Position numbers and translations under genes: made by a program. A DNA stretch of 59,529 nucleotides, the filler included, from Candidatus Desantisbacteria bacterium CG1_02_49_89 (lineage in GTDB: Bacteria; Desantisbacteria; UBA1551): NCBI GenBank assembly GCA_001871075.1. It is 6 parts of 6 records of this genome, joined end to end, with 100 filler letters (N's around TTAATTAATTAA, not from the genome) between each part and the next. Parts side by side here need not be neighbours in the genome. Positions count along the whole stretch, not along the records: positions 1 to 9,901 come from MNUP01000039.1; 5 more parts are not named here. One strand, written 5' to 3'. The notes below the pieces were generated by a model. It did not search any database and was not told the DNA's origin. It saw only the letters and a program-made list of their open reading frames with translations. Numbering within the stretch: the stretch's first letter is position 1; each line of letters begins with the position of its first letter. Positions 1 to 10,001 of this stretch are shown here, piece after piece.

Positions 1-93
1 GCAATCTCGATTTTTAGGTCGAGATTGCTTCGTCGTTAACACTCCTCGCAATGACAGCCCAAATGTAAAGATCTGTTAGAGACACCACACTAG
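1..93 (+). mobile_element. MITE family A (IS630-type), right part, cut by window start
   Basis: Near-identical to 41164-41255 and 50284-50376. Ends GAGACACCACACTAG and contains the GCAATCTC...GAGATTGC...CTCGCAATGAC palindrome. Confidence 0.85.
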
Positions 94-99
94 ATAAAA

Positions 100-621
100 T
101 TAATCTACCTTAAATCCTATTTGTTTTTTCGGTTTTTCTTCTACTATCATCATTTGGCGAATCGCATTAAAAATATCAGTTATTTCCTCATCGTGTTTTT
201 CAATCTTTCTTTCCAGTTCCCTTAATTTAAAAGCGAGCTCTTTATGGGTAGAAAGCATTTCTTTTAATTTAACAAACGCACGCATAATAGCAATATTAAC
301 TTGGATCGCCCTCTCGCTGTTTAAAACACTTGAAAGCATTGCAACACCTTGTTCAGTAAAAACATACGGCGGTCTTCTTAAGCCCATTTTAGCTGAAGAA
401 TTGGAGGTCACAAATTGTGACCTCCAATTTTCTAACTCTGTTTTGCTTAATTGAAACATAAAATCTTTGGGGAAACGCTGTTTATTTCGTTTTACCGCCT
501 GGTTAAAAACTTTAGTCGGAACTCCGTAAAGCATTGCTAAATCACGGTCAAATATGACTTTATGTCCGCGGATCATAAATATCTTCTGTTCAATTATTTC
601 CTGGGGGATTATAGCCTTCAT
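100..621 (-). CDS. ORF6N (KilA-N-like) DNA-binding domain protein
   Basis: Motifs IRGHKVIFDRDLAMLYGV, NQAVKRN, RFPKDFMFQL, PYVFTEQGVAMLSSVLNS; C-terminal coiled coil ending IGF. Confidence 0.9.
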   Translation of the reverse strand: MKAIIPQEIIEQKIFMIRGHKVIFDRDLAMLYGVPTKVFNQAVKRNKQRFPKDFMFQLSKTELENWRSQFVTSNSSAKMGLRRPPYVFTEQGVAMLSSVLNSERAIQVNIAIMRAFVKLKEMLSTHKELAFKLRELERKIEKHDEEITDIFNAIRQMMIVEEKPKKQIGFKVD

Positions 622-643
622 AATATTTCCTTCAGTTTCTTTT

Positions 644-1045
644 TTATATTTCGTAAGAGTCTTTTACTTTATAACTCAAGTAGCTTATTATGCCTGCTCC
701 AACAAATATTGAAGTACCAAAAAGAATAAATGGATATAAATTTTGTAGTAAAGGTATATAGGAATAATTATGTCCGGGACCAGCAACAAATAAATCTATC
801 AAAATAGCTACAAAGACTGCTAAAAAAATTAAGGCTATTACTGCAAAAATACGATCAAGCCTTTTAGGAAATTTAAAAAATAAAATTAAAAAGGGAATTG
901 CTAAAAAGAAAATAAAAAATCCTATTGTTGTTATAGCAATAAATATATTAGGAATTTTCAAGCCCAAATCTTTAAACATGATTTTATTAAATAATGCAAA
1001 AATAATAGAAACAATTTCTATTATTATAAATTTAACCTTTTTCAC
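644..1045 (-). CDS. Hypothetical AT-rich membrane protein (about 4 TM)
   Basis: Four hydrophobic stretches, AAGGA RBS upstream of a GTG start; no family recognised. Confidence 0.6.
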   Translation of the reverse strand: MKKVKFIIIEIVSIIFALFNKIMFKDLGLKIPNIFIAITTIGFFIFFLAIPFLILFFKFPKRLDRIFAVIALIFLAVFVAILIDLFVAGPGHNYSYIPLLQNLYPFILFGTSIFVGAGIISYLSYKVKDSYEI

Positions 1046-1130
1046 AATTTTCCTTCTTTTTTTATATGGTAGGCTACAACCTTTAAGTATCTTTCATCTT
1101 GAAAATCACTTGCTTTATTTCCTATTATTG

Positions 1131-1910
1131 TTAAATATGAACTATTTTATGGAGTTTTGAAATAATGTCCGCGGGATTTTCCCTGCCCCACACGTTCCTT
1201 CCGATGCAGATCCCTTTGGCTCCCGCCTTTATGCAGTCTTTTATCATGTCCAGGAACTGCTCATCCGTATCCGCCTTCGGGCCGCCGGCTATCACTATCG
1301 GCAGCGGCGTGCTTGCCCCAACTTCTTTAAAACTTTCAACATCGCCCGTATACTGACATTTAATGCAGTCCGCCCCGAGTTCAGCGGCAAGCCTGCCCGC
1401 GAGCTGCATGTCTCTGGCAGCGTCCTTCCCTTTTTCTTTCGCTTTCCCGAACTGGTGCAGCAGTGTTGACGCGGGGACCATCTCAGCCATAAGCGGCATG
1501 CCGTATCTGAAACAGGCGGTTGCCACCGTTCCTAATTTTTCAAGGTGCTCGTCTTCATTCTCAACCCCTATGAAAATGTTGACAACGACGATATCTGCCC
1601 CGCTCGCGACTGCCTGCTCAAGGTTCGAGATAAGCTTTGTTTTTTCAAGATGAAGGCCCATCCTCGTGTGAGTCCCGTCAAGCCTGAAAACAATTGCCAG
1701 GTTTCCGATCACGTCCTCCACATGGCCCAGCATTCCCGGAGTTATCAGTATCGCGTCCGCTTCGGTTTTTGATATCACCCTGACAAGCTTGTGCAGGTCT
1801 CTCAGGTTCCCGGACGGCTCGTAATACAGCCCGTGGTCCATGGGCACTATGATCGCGTTCCCGCCGTTCTTAAAGATCCTTCTCATCCTAAGCTTTTTTC
1901 CCATATCCAT
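1131..1910 (-). CDS. Class I aldolase, DhnA/LsrF family
   Basis: IIVPMDHG, GMPLMAEM, AAELGADCIK (Schiff-base Lys), IVIAGG, GRNVW. Confidence 0.9.
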   Translation of the reverse strand: MDMGKKLRMRRIFKNGGNAIIVPMDHGLYYEPSGNLRDLHKLVRVISKTEADAILITPGMLGHVEDVIGNLAIVFRLDGTHTRMGLHLEKTKLISNLEQAVASGADIVVVNIFIGVENEDEHLEKLGTVATACFRYGMPLMAEMVPASTLLHQFGKAKEKGKDAARDMQLAGRLAAELGADCIKCQYTGDVESFKEVGASTPLPIVIAGGPKADTDEQFLDMIKDCIKAGAKGICIGRNVWGRENPADIISKLHKIVHI

Positions 1911-2106
1911 AAACTCTCCTTTTGTAAATTACGATTACGGTGATTTTTAACTAATGATTACAGTGATTATTTTAAGTATCAAGAGTCAAGTGTCAAGTAT
2001 CAAGTTTGAAACCAAAATGTCTCTCTGTGCCGTAGCCCGCCACGATTATTGGCGGGCGGAGGTCCCTGCGTTATAGCTCCGGTATTATCTGAGCTGCAGG
2101 GGGAAA

Positions 2107-3666
2107 TTATTTTACAGGATAAAGATACACCGCATCTATGCCCAGGAAATATCCTGTCGTTGAGGTGCCGGCAAGCTTCGATCTCTCGTTAGCGCCCTTG
2201 CACACGAATTTCAGCAGGTGCTCACCTGGTTCCAGCCTGCGCTTACCGAGGCTGATCTCCCTTGCTATCACGGTCGGGCTGTAAAAATCTTTCGAACACA
2301 CGTTCCTGCCGTCAAGATAAATATCGTAAATACCGTAATCCCAGGAAAATGTCATGACGGCCCTAACAATATAATCGCCTGTTTCCTCAACGTCAAAAGG
2401 CAGCTCGACTCTGGCACTCTTGGTATCTGAGATAAAAAGGATCTGGGCTCCACCGCTCCACATGTCCCCATCCTGTTTCATTCTCGCAAAAGGCTTATAG
2501 TTCCCCTTTAGCATATACTTCTCGGCCTCAATTGCAGTATACGCGGGAATTCTTTCTTTTGCCGGAGGCACAGAAGCGAACCGCTTTGCCTTCCCTGCCT
2601 GGTACCAGAAAGCAACGCTTGAGAAATCGTCAGAGCGCTCGTCAAAACCGCTGGTAAATTTTTTCTTTTTCTCGTCCCAGACCGCGCCCTTGTGTTCTAT
2701 TGTCACCTTAAGCGAAGCCCCGAACGCGACCGGGTCAGGTATATGCCAGCGGTAAACCGTTCCCCTGTCCCCCGATTCAAATCCCTCCCAGAAGGTAACT
2801 CCGTAAAAAGGGTTGTTGAATTCCCTGAACCCCCACGCGTCGCAGAAATAATCCTCGCTTCCCGTTCCCCGCAGAGAAGGCTTTTCCTCGCCGTCAATAT
2901 AAAACCTGTCATCGCCTTCGCCGAACCATCCCGGCTGGTTCACCCTTACCGAAAGCACTGTGCCGACGTAGTGGCCTTTGCCCTTCGCGTCAAGGATAAG
3001 GTAATCCTCGCCGCTCCTGCATGGAAATTCCTGGCGGTATTGCGCATGGAAATACGGGACGCTTTCAGCGAGCGCGGGCAGTTTCTGCCAGTCCACGTAC
3101 CAGAAAAGCGCGTCAACCTGCTTATCCGAATCATTGGTCACGGTTATTTTAGCTGATTTCCTGAAAGGCATGGGCCAGTAGCAGTTATACGCCCTTCCTT
3201 CCGAGGAAACAGCCACAGGCGTTGAATTTAGCGTCCTGATGCATCCGTGGCCTACGGCGAAAAAATCTCCCAGAGGGGACTCAACCGCCGGCTCTGTGTC
3301 CCCGTCCCAGTAAATACGCAGGGTCATTGTCCGGGGGTAGTATTTGTCTTTCGCGGAAACAGTGAACCAGATATGCGTGATCCTGCCCGGGCCTTCAAGC
3401 TCCGCTACCTTCAGGGTCTTTCCCTGCGCAATAGGCCTTGCGTCGCCGTTGCCGTTCTTCCAGTTGGGGTCGGCACTTGAGCTGCGCATGGAACGGTATT
3501 CCCTGGGCATATCCAACCCTTCAAGCCCCGTGCCCTGTGCCAGGACAAGCTGCCCGCCCCAAAGGGGCGAGGTCTCGCCCCGATGAAATATCGGGGCGGA
3601 AAAGTTGAAGGTTGAAAGTTGAAAGGTAAAAAGAAGAAATATAATGAAGCATCTTAATTTCATCAT
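2107..3666 (-). CDS. Secreted DUF2961/GH172 glycoside hydrolase with C-terminal CBM-like beta-sandwich
   Basis: GPGRITHIWFT, PLGDFF, NCYWPMPF, WFGEGD, GTGSEDYF, YRWHIPDPV; N-terminal signal peptide containing repeat inserts. Confidence 0.88.
   Translation of the reverse strand: MMKLRCFIIFLLFTFQLSTFNFSAPIFHRGETSPLWGGQLVLAQGTGLEGLDMPREYRSMRSSSADPNWKNGNGDARPIAQGKTLKVAELEGPGRITHIWFTVSAKDKYYPRTMTLRIYWDGDTEPAVESPLGDFFAVGHGCIRTLNSTPVAVSSEGRAYNCYWPMPFRKSAKITVTNDSDKQVDALFWYVDWQKLPALAESVPYFHAQYRQEFPCRSGEDYLILDAKGKGHYVGTVLSVRVNQPGWFGEGDDRFYIDGEEKPSLRGTGSEDYFCDAWGFREFNNPFYGVTFWEGFESGDRGTVYRWHIPDPVAFGASLKVTIEHKGAVWDEKKKKFTSGFDERSDDFSSVAFWYQAGKAKRFASVPPAKERIPAYTAIEAEKYMLKGNYKPFARMKQDGDMWSGGAQILFISDTKSARVELPFDVEETGDYIVRAVMTFSWDYGIYDIYLDGRNVCSKDFYSPTVIAREISLGKRRLEPGEHLLKFVCKGANERSKLAGTSTTGYFLGIDAVYLYPVK
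3551..3600. repeat. Double-hairpin micro-element (GCGAGRYCTCGC core), in frame in the GH172 N-terminus
   Basis: CGCCCC-AAA-GGGGCG AGGTCT CGCCCCGAT-GAAAT-ATCGGGGCG; near-identical to the intergenic copy at 40995-41043. Confidence 0.85.
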
Positions 3667-3881
3667 TTTAACCTGTAGTTTCTCTTGGATATTTTAATCA
3701 GGGCTCCCTCCTTTAAGATTGGCGGGTCTTCGAGAAGCCCTGAGTTACAGATTTCTCTACGCAACCTAAAGGTTGCGGCTACCTTGTTTTTGCGTTGATA
3801 CGTTAATACGGTGCCTGCCCGCTCCGCCACGAATATTGGCGGACTGGGCGGGATACGTTGACACGCTTTAAAGACCAGAAC

Positions 3882-4847
3882 TCATGACTTTATTTTTATA
3901 ATTCTGCCCGTCCTGATCGATTCATTGACCGCGAGCGTGACTTCAAGGGTTTTCATCCCGTCTTCGTAATCGCACCTGATCCCCGAGCGGTCGCCTGTTT
4001 TTACCGCCTCGATGAAAGCCTTATTCTCCTCAAGCCTGGGGTCGTTCGTGGGCTTTATCTCTTTTGTCTCCCCGTTCGTAAGCCTGAACACGCTCATATC
4101 CACAAACATCCTGGCGTGTTTCAGCACGATATCAACACCCATCCCGCCGCCTGCCTTCATCAGGCAGGTTGTCAGGACGTTTCCTGCCGCCCCGCTCTTG
4201 AAATGCAGCATCGCGTTGGACGCGTCATCTATGTCGTTTTCCGGGATATCGGTCTGCAGTCCCCTGTAACCCAGGGCGTAAACGCTGTCAACGTCTCCCA
4301 GAAGGTACCTTGCAAGGTCGTAGATATGCGTTGACTGCTCAACAACCTGCCCTCCTGAATCCTTCATCCTCCTCCACCACGGGGTCGGGACAAACGGGCA
4401 CATATAGAAAGCGTGCATGACTGCGGGCTGCTTGCCCTTGAGGAAATCCTTTGCCTGCCACACTGAGTCAACGTACCTGATCACGTACCCGACGTTCGTC
4501 GCGATGCCTGCCTTCTTTACCGCGGCGCTGATCTCCGCGGCTTTCTTCATTGAAAGCGCCACAGGTTTCTCCACGAAGAAATGTATTTTCTTTTTGCAGG
4601 CTATCAGTTCCTGGTCCGTGTGCGCTGACGGCACCAGACAGATATAGACCGCGTCAAGACTTTCCTTTTCGAACATTAGATGGTGATCCGTATAAACGTT
4701 TGCCCCGCCGCTTTTCTGGCTGAACGCCTTTGCCTTCTCCTCCACGATATCGCATGCCGCGGCCACCTTGACATCGGCTATTGTTAAAAGGCTGTCCAGA
4801 TGGGCATTGGCGATCCCGCCGCAACCGATAAATCCTATTTTAACCAC
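3882..4847 (-). CDS. Gfo/Idh/MocA family NAD(P)-dependent oxidoreductase
   Basis: GFIGCGGIA Rossmann motif, FVEKP, GGQVVEQSTHIYD. Confidence 0.92.
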   Translation of the reverse strand: MVKIGFIGCGGIANAHLDSLLTIADVKVAAACDIVEEKAKAFSQKSGGANVYTDHHLMFEKESLDAVYICLVPSAHTDQELIACKKKIHFFVEKPVALSMKKAAEISAAVKKAGIATNVGYVIRYVDSVWQAKDFLKGKQPAVMHAFYMCPFVPTPWWRRMKDSGGQVVEQSTHIYDLARYLLGDVDSVYALGYRGLQTDIPENDIDDASNAMLHFKSGAAGNVLTTCLMKAGGGMGVDIVLKHARMFVDMSVFRLTNGETKEIKPTNDPRLEENKAFIEAVKTGDRSGIRCDYEDGMKTLEVTLAVNESIRTGRIIKIKS

Positions 4848-4879
4848 GCTTCCCCCTTTTCAAATGCAGTGGCCAGTGT

Positions 4880-4911
4880 CCCGCCCCTTCGGCGGGTCGC
4901 CGTAGTGGCAA
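4880..4911 (-). repeat. 32-nt hairpin micro-element inserted in a CACTGGN heptamer array
   Basis: Reverse complement TTGCCACTACGGCGACCCGCCGAAGGGGCGGG matches 22172-22203 and 54667-54698. Confidence 0.85.
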
Positions 4912-4977
4912 CCAGTGGCCAGTAGTCAGTTAAAAAGTTTTAAACTGGATGCTGGATACTGGTTACTGGATACTGAT

Positions 4978-5829
4978 TTATGGAATGAACTGATTTAGGA
5001 ATTTAAAGCCGAGGCGCAGGCCATCATCAAACCTTTCGCCCCAGAAAACCTGGTCTTCGTGCTCGATTATTACCGGGCCATTATAGCCGATATTACTGAG
5101 TGCCTTGAAAAATTCCTTCCAGTTAAGTTCTCCCCAGCCCGGGATCCTGTACCTCCACCAGCCGCTGCCGTATATTCCGGCCCTGCTCTGCACGTTCCTG
5201 AAGATCTCGGTGTCCTTCGCGTGGACAGAATATATGCGCTTCGAGAATTCGTAAACCGCGGCGATGTAATCGATCTCCTGCCAGTAAAGGTGCGAAGGGT
5301 CAAACTCAAGCCCCACGGCTTCCGACGGGACAGCGTCAAACAGGGCTTTCCAGGTGGCGGGAGTGATGGCAACGCTGCCTATCGTGAGCGGGTAACCCCC
5401 GGCGCAGGGCCAGTTTTCCATGCCGATCTTTATGCCGAACGAACTTGCCGCCTTCGCGTATTCACCGAACACCTCTTTGTAAACGGGCAGGTTACCCTCA
5501 AGATCTTTTGAAGGGTCGCCCAGCGGGCAGGTGGTAACCGCTACCGCGTCCATCTCGCTTGCTGCCTCAAGGACCCTGATGAAATATTTCATGTTCTCCG
5601 TGCGGTTCTTGGCGTCAGCGTCAAGATGCCTGAGAACGCACATCACCGTGCCTACCTCGATCCCGTTCTCCCCAAAAATAGCCCTGACCTCTTTCAACTG
5701 CTCCTTGCTCGTTTTGTTCAGGTCAAGCGAACTACCCGGGCCCATCTGGACCTCAAGGCATTTGAAACCCACCTTTTTAGCGAACTCAACCCTCTCCTCC
5801 GAGTAACCCGTAAGAAACCCAAGCCGCAT
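4978..5829 (-). CDS. Sugar phosphate isomerase/epimerase (xylose isomerase-like TIM barrel)
   Basis: GMENWP, LEFDPSHLYW, SVHAKD, RIPGWG, IIEHED metal-binding motifs. Confidence 0.9.
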   Translation of the reverse strand: MRLGFLTGYSEERVEFAKKVGFKCLEVQMGPGSSLDLNKTSKEQLKEVRAIFGENGIEVGTVMCVLRHLDADAKNRTENMKYFIRVLEAASEMDAVAVTTCPLGDPSKDLEGNLPVYKEVFGEYAKAASSFGIKIGMENWPCAGGYPLTIGSVAITPATWKALFDAVPSEAVGLEFDPSHLYWQEIDYIAAVYEFSKRIYSVHAKDTEIFRNVQSRAGIYGSGWWRYRIPGWGELNWKEFFKALSNIGYNGPVIIEHEDQVFWGERFDDGLRLGFKFLNQFIP

Positions 5830-5992
5830 ATTGCCTCCAATGCGTGTCAGAGTGTCTCCGAAGAGTCCGTATGCTCCGTCCTTTCGGAGTCATCGGACAA
5901 CGTGTCAGAGTGTCAACGCAACTGCAAGGATTTAATTTAAATTAATTCCATGTTTTTGCTCTGACACGCTGATACGCTGATACGTTGACACG

Positions 5993-8437
5993 TTATTTTA
6001 TTGCTTGCTCCAGCATATCGCACTCGGTTGCTCTGGGCGTTTTCTGGTCCATATCTATCATCAGGGTCTTTATTTCGTAAGGCTTAAAACGGACCCTGAA
6101 AGAACGCTTGAACCACGGAAGGCTTACGCGCGCGGTCCCGCCCTTTCCCCTTGTCTCGGTGAACCTCAGGATCACATTTTCCCCTTTTTCCGCTTTTTTA
6201 AAAACAGTTGTTGTCAAACCGGCAGGCGCCACCCTCGCGAACGAAACTTCCTTCGGCAAAAGACCTTCATGCGCGGGCTCTCTTCTCTCAATAAGCGGGT
6301 TGTTGAATTCGAAAGCGGTCTGCGGGATGCCTTTCTTCTGCCAGACGCCCTTGTGAGGGACCAGCGAATACCTGAACCTGTGCTCTCCCTGGTCGGTATA
6401 ACGGTATTCCACGCCGGGTTCCGGCTTCCTGGGGTCATGGAAAGCGAATATGGGCGACCTCAGCACGCTCATCCTGGCCTCGCTGCCGTGGATGCTGAAC
6501 CCGTATTTGCAGTCGTTAACAAGGGCTATGCCGTATTTCATCCTGCCGTTCTTCCTGCTCCTGGCGATTCCGGCTACGTCGATCCATGCCTGCCCCGGTT
6601 CTTCTTCCCCGTTGTTGGGCCTGGTGATCGTCCCGCCGGGAATATCGTAGGTTGTTTTCCCTGATTCAACCGCGAACGGGAATCCAACCTTCAATACCTT
6701 GTGTTTTTCATGCCAGTCCACAATTACCTCGAAATCTATCCTGGGCATCTTTTCGTAAAAGGAAATCTCCTGCTCAAGGGTCGAATTAAGGAACACGCTT
6801 TTTATCCTGATCTTTGCCCGTATCGGGCCCTGCTCAATTATTTCCGGTTTTCCCTGCATGATGAATTTACCCGTGACTTTATCATAAGCGGCGACGCCGT
6901 GGCTCCAGGTATCGCTCATGTCGTCCAGCACAAGCATTTCGTTCCCTTCCCTGCCCGGTAAAAGCATGCTCAGCCCGTTTGTTTTGTCAAAAAGATGCAT
7001 TATGCATCCCGTACGAGGATTAAGCTGCAGGAAGAAATACCTGTTCTCCATGCTGTATTGCGACACGCTGACCGATGGGACACGCCGCTTTTTCCTTCTC
7101 TTTGCCTGGCCGGTCACGCAGTACACGCTGAATCCGGTCGGAGGCACGTCCGCGCTGAAGATCAGCCTTTTTTTAATGCCGCCGAGTTCCCTTTTCTGGA
7201 ATGCCACACTTTTGCCCCCTGGTCCCAGGACGGAAAATCCCTCTCCCTCAATATCAACGCTCGCTGTCTCCTTCCTCTGCCATGAAGCCGGGTTGAAAAA
7301 TATGACGGGCTGTCCCGGGCCGGACGTGTCGGTTTTCTGTGAAATACTTTTAAGCGCCGTATCCAGCATTCCGCTGCCCGCGCTGAAAACCTCGTCGTAA
7401 TCCTTTCTGCAGTCATCGTAGGCTTCGGGAATGCTTGTCCCGCACATCACGTCATGGAACTGGTTGAAAAGAACCTTTTGCCACAGGCCCCTGATCTTTT
7501 CTCCCGGGTAGGGCAATATTTCAAGAAGGTACGCGGCAGAACTAAATTTTTCAGTTGCCTGCAGCAGGTTCTCCGCGTCCCTGTTCGCCTTTTTTATCCA
7601 GGAGACCACTGAATAACAGCCGCGCGCGTGGTGCTGCAGGTCATCCCTTACAACCTTAAATTTTTTTTTGGAATTCTGCCGCGCTGCCGCGAAGAACGCT
7701 TCGGGAGTGCTGAAAATCAACTTAATGCCGGATTTACCGTATTCCTTTATAGCCCTGATCTCTTCCCTTGACGGACCACCGCCGTGGTCACCCACTCCGT
7801 AAAAACACAGATCTTCATTAATGCCCTCGATTTTCTGGCTGCAGATCAAGTCAATTTTACTTTCAAGTTCTTCTTTTTTACCTGAAGTTCCGTATGAAAC
7901 CGGGAGCCTGGCGGTGAGCACACGGCTTTTATCCTGACTTTCCCATAGAAATAATCTGGATTCCAGCTTCTTCTCATTAGGGTCAGGCCGCATGAAAACA
8001 TAGTAATCGAAACCGCTCTTTTTCAGTATCTGTGGAAGACCGCGGTTGTGGCCGAACGAATCCACGTTGTACCCCACCTTCACGTCAACGCCAAATTTCT
8101 CCATGAAATACATTTTACCGTAAAGCCCGTGGCGCGCGAATGATTCGCCCGAAGGTATGTTGCAATCCGGCTGGACCCACCAGCCGTTCACGATATTCCA
8201 CCTGCCCTCTTTTACGTAATGCTTTATCTCCTCGAATAGCTGAGGGTCACTTTCCTCGGCCCACTTGTAAGTGGCTGCCTGACCCGCTGTAAAAACAAAA
8301 TCCGGGAACTCCTTCATGAATTCCACTGCCTGCCTGTAAGTCTTCAGGACTTCATCCCGGCCTTCTGCCCACCTCCACAGCCATACCGGGTCAATGTGCG
8401 CGTTGCCGATCATATGTATCGTGTAGTCATTCATCAT
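5993..8437 (-). CDS. Alpha-mannosidase, glycoside hydrolase family 38
   Basis: GNAHIDPVWLW, NVDSFGH, YGVGDHGGGP, NQFHDVMCGTS. Start moved to ATG 8437 behind a GAGGTG RBS. Confidence 0.93.
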   Translation of the reverse strand: MMNDYTIHMIGNAHIDPVWLWRWAEGRDEVLKTYRQAVEFMKEFPDFVFTAGQAATYKWAEESDPQLFEEIKHYVKEGRWNIVNGWWVQPDCNIPSGESFARHGLYGKMYFMEKFGVDVKVGYNVDSFGHNRGLPQILKKSGFDYYVFMRPDPNEKKLESRLFLWESQDKSRVLTARLPVSYGTSGKKEELESKIDLICSQKIEGINEDLCFYGVGDHGGGPSREEIRAIKEYGKSGIKLIFSTPEAFFAAARQNSKKKFKVVRDDLQHHARGCYSVVSWIKKANRDAENLLQATEKFSSAAYLLEILPYPGEKIRGLWQKVLFNQFHDVMCGTSIPEAYDDCRKDYDEVFSAGSGMLDTALKSISQKTDTSGPGQPVIFFNPASWQRKETASVDIEGEGFSVLGPGGKSVAFQKRELGGIKKRLIFSADVPPTGFSVYCVTGQAKRRKKRRVPSVSVSQYSMENRYFFLQLNPRTGCIMHLFDKTNGLSMLLPGREGNEMLVLDDMSDTWSHGVAAYDKVTGKFIMQGKPEIIEQGPIRAKIRIKSVFLNSTLEQEISFYEKMPRIDFEVIVDWHEKHKVLKVGFPFAVESGKTTYDIPGGTITRPNNGEEEPGQAWIDVAGIARSRKNGRMKYGIALVNDCKYGFSIHGSEARMSVLRSPIFAFHDPRKPEPGVEYRYTDQGEHRFRYSLVPHKGVWQKKGIPQTAFEFNNPLIERREPAHEGLLPKEVSFARVAPAGLTTTVFKKAEKGENVILRFTETRGKGGTARVSLPWFKRSFRVRFKPYEIKTLMIDMDQKTPRATECDMLEQAIK

Positions 8438-8569
8438 CTCACCTCTAACTATTATTTTTAAAATTCCTTGACTCATAGCTCATAATTAATCTCTGTATCT
8501 CAGTGGCTTCATTGAATATAGTCTATCCAGTATAACTCTTATTATATATTATTTATCTAAAAAAGCAAG

Positions 8570-8601
8570 AAAAATAAAACCCGCCAATCTTTATGGCGGG
8601 T
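8570..8601 (-). terminator. Intrinsic terminator after the PorV gene
   Basis: Minus strand ACCCGCCA-TAAAGAT-TGGCGGGT followed by TTTATTTTT. Confidence 0.7.
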
Positions 8602-8643
8602 CAAGACCAAGCACTCCTTCTTCTTTTAGGCTGGTTACAGCTA

Positions 8644-9564
8644 TTAGAACTTGGCGCCTACAGTTACCCTGTGCGTATAACCCAGGTCCCCGTAAGGAAC
8701 AAGGGCGTAATCTATGCCCAAGATGCCGATCTTAAAGCCGGCACCGCAAGTTAGGCCCGCAAGCGCCCCCAGGGTATTGTTTATCGCGCTGTTATACTTG
8801 TAACCTGCCCTTATGGCAAACACAGGATGGACCCAGTATTCAATACCTGCTCCCACAGCCCATATAGAATCAAGGATGGAGTAGTTCAGGTCAGATGATA
8901 GAGTAAGCTTGCTGTCAGCAAACTTATTGGCAATGCCGACCTTCAGGTTCATAGGCAAAGGGCTTGCCTCTGTGATGAACGGGGCTTCGTAGCCCATATT
9001 CTGCAGGGCAAGGCCCATAACCAGGCCTTCCTTGTTCAGCTTGTACTGCAGACCAATATCTGCGGCCACACCAAGCGCTGACTTGTCATCTAACTGCTGG
9101 TTGATGATCTTGACTGTGCCGCCAAGGTTCAGGCGTTCTGAGAGCGTCTTAGCGTATGATACGGCTATCGCCAGGTCATTTGCAGGCACTGACCCAAGCA
9201 GAGCTCCGGCAATATCCCTTCTTTCAATGTCTGTGATATACAGGTAGGTTATACCTGCGCCTATTGTTCCGCCAAGAGCCGGCTGGCAATATGCAAGATA
9301 CTCATACCTGATAGCCTGAAACCATTCTGTATGGGTAAAGGTTACCTGCTTACCTTCTGATAGGGACAGGCCGGATGGGTTCCAGAACAGGGCATTGATA
9401 TCATCTGCAACAGCGACAAAGGCTTCGCCCATTGCAACAGGGCGAGAACCTACACCAAGTTTAAGGAAGGTGGCGCCTGTGGTTCCGGGCCCGGCGGCAA
9501 ATAAGCTCAAAGCTGAAAGTTGAAAGGTGAAAGTTAATGCAATTACAAATATAATCTTTTTCAT
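8644..9564 (-). CDS. PorV/PorQ-family outer-membrane beta-barrel
   Basis: Signal peptide, FLKLGVGSRPVAMGEAFVAVADDINALFWNPSGL, DYALVPYGDLGYTHR, terminal Phe. Confidence 0.88.
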   Translation of the reverse strand: MKKIIFVIALTFTFQLSALSLFAAGPGTTGATFLKLGVGSRPVAMGEAFVAVADDINALFWNPSGLSLSEGKQVTFTHTEWFQAIRYEYLAYCQPALGGTIGAGITYLYITDIERRDIAGALLGSVPANDLAIAVSYAKTLSERLNLGGTVKIINQQLDDKSALGVAADIGLQYKLNKEGLVMGLALQNMGYEAPFITEASPLPMNLKVGIANKFADSKLTLSSDLNYSILDSIWAVGAGIEYWVHPVFAIRAGYKYNSAINNTLGALAGLTCGAGFKIGILGIDYALVPYGDLGYTHRVTVGAKF

Positions 9565-9606
9565 TTTTCCTTCATTTTTAATTTTACATTTTTAATTGAT
9601 GCGGCA

Positions 9607-9901
9607 TCACCGTATGATCATTATCTTGCCGATCTTTCTTTCCTTCGTATCATCTGTCAGGAAGTAGATGTAGACGCCGGAAGCGACTGGCTCATTCCAA
9701 TTGTTTATAACAGTCCAGACGTATGGATCTGTAGTTATGTCTGTCTGCTCAAACACAAGCTCCCCTGCTATGTTGTATATCCTGAGCAGGACGTTCAGGG
9801 TGCTGTAGAGCTTAAAACTGATGGCAGTGTGACCCTGGGACGGCTTGAACGGTACAGGGAATGCGTAAGCATCCTTAATACTCGGCGCTGCCTTGGGCAG
9901 A
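9607..9901 (-). CDS. C-terminal fragment of a protein ending in a T9SS type-A-like/FlgD-Ig sorting domain (not in ORF track)
   Basis: Hand translation: LPKAAPSIKDAYAFPVPFKPSQGHTAISFK...LRIYNIAGELVF...WTVINNWNEPVASGVYIYFL...IGKIMIIR*; truncated by the contig end. Confidence 0.85.
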
Positions 9902-10001
9902 NNNNNNNNNNNNNNNNNNNNNNNNNNNNNNNNNNNNNNNNNNNNTTAATTAATTAANNNNNNNNNNNNNNNNNNNNNNNNNNNNNNNNNNNNNNNNNNN
10001 N
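9902..10001. other. Artificial contig spacer
   Basis: N run containing TTAATTAATTAA (stop codons in all frames). Confidence 0.99.

Noticed and set aside
100-1045. Prophage remnant suggested by the ORF6N gene
   Set aside because: No other phage genes; solitary ORF6N genes are common in such genomes.
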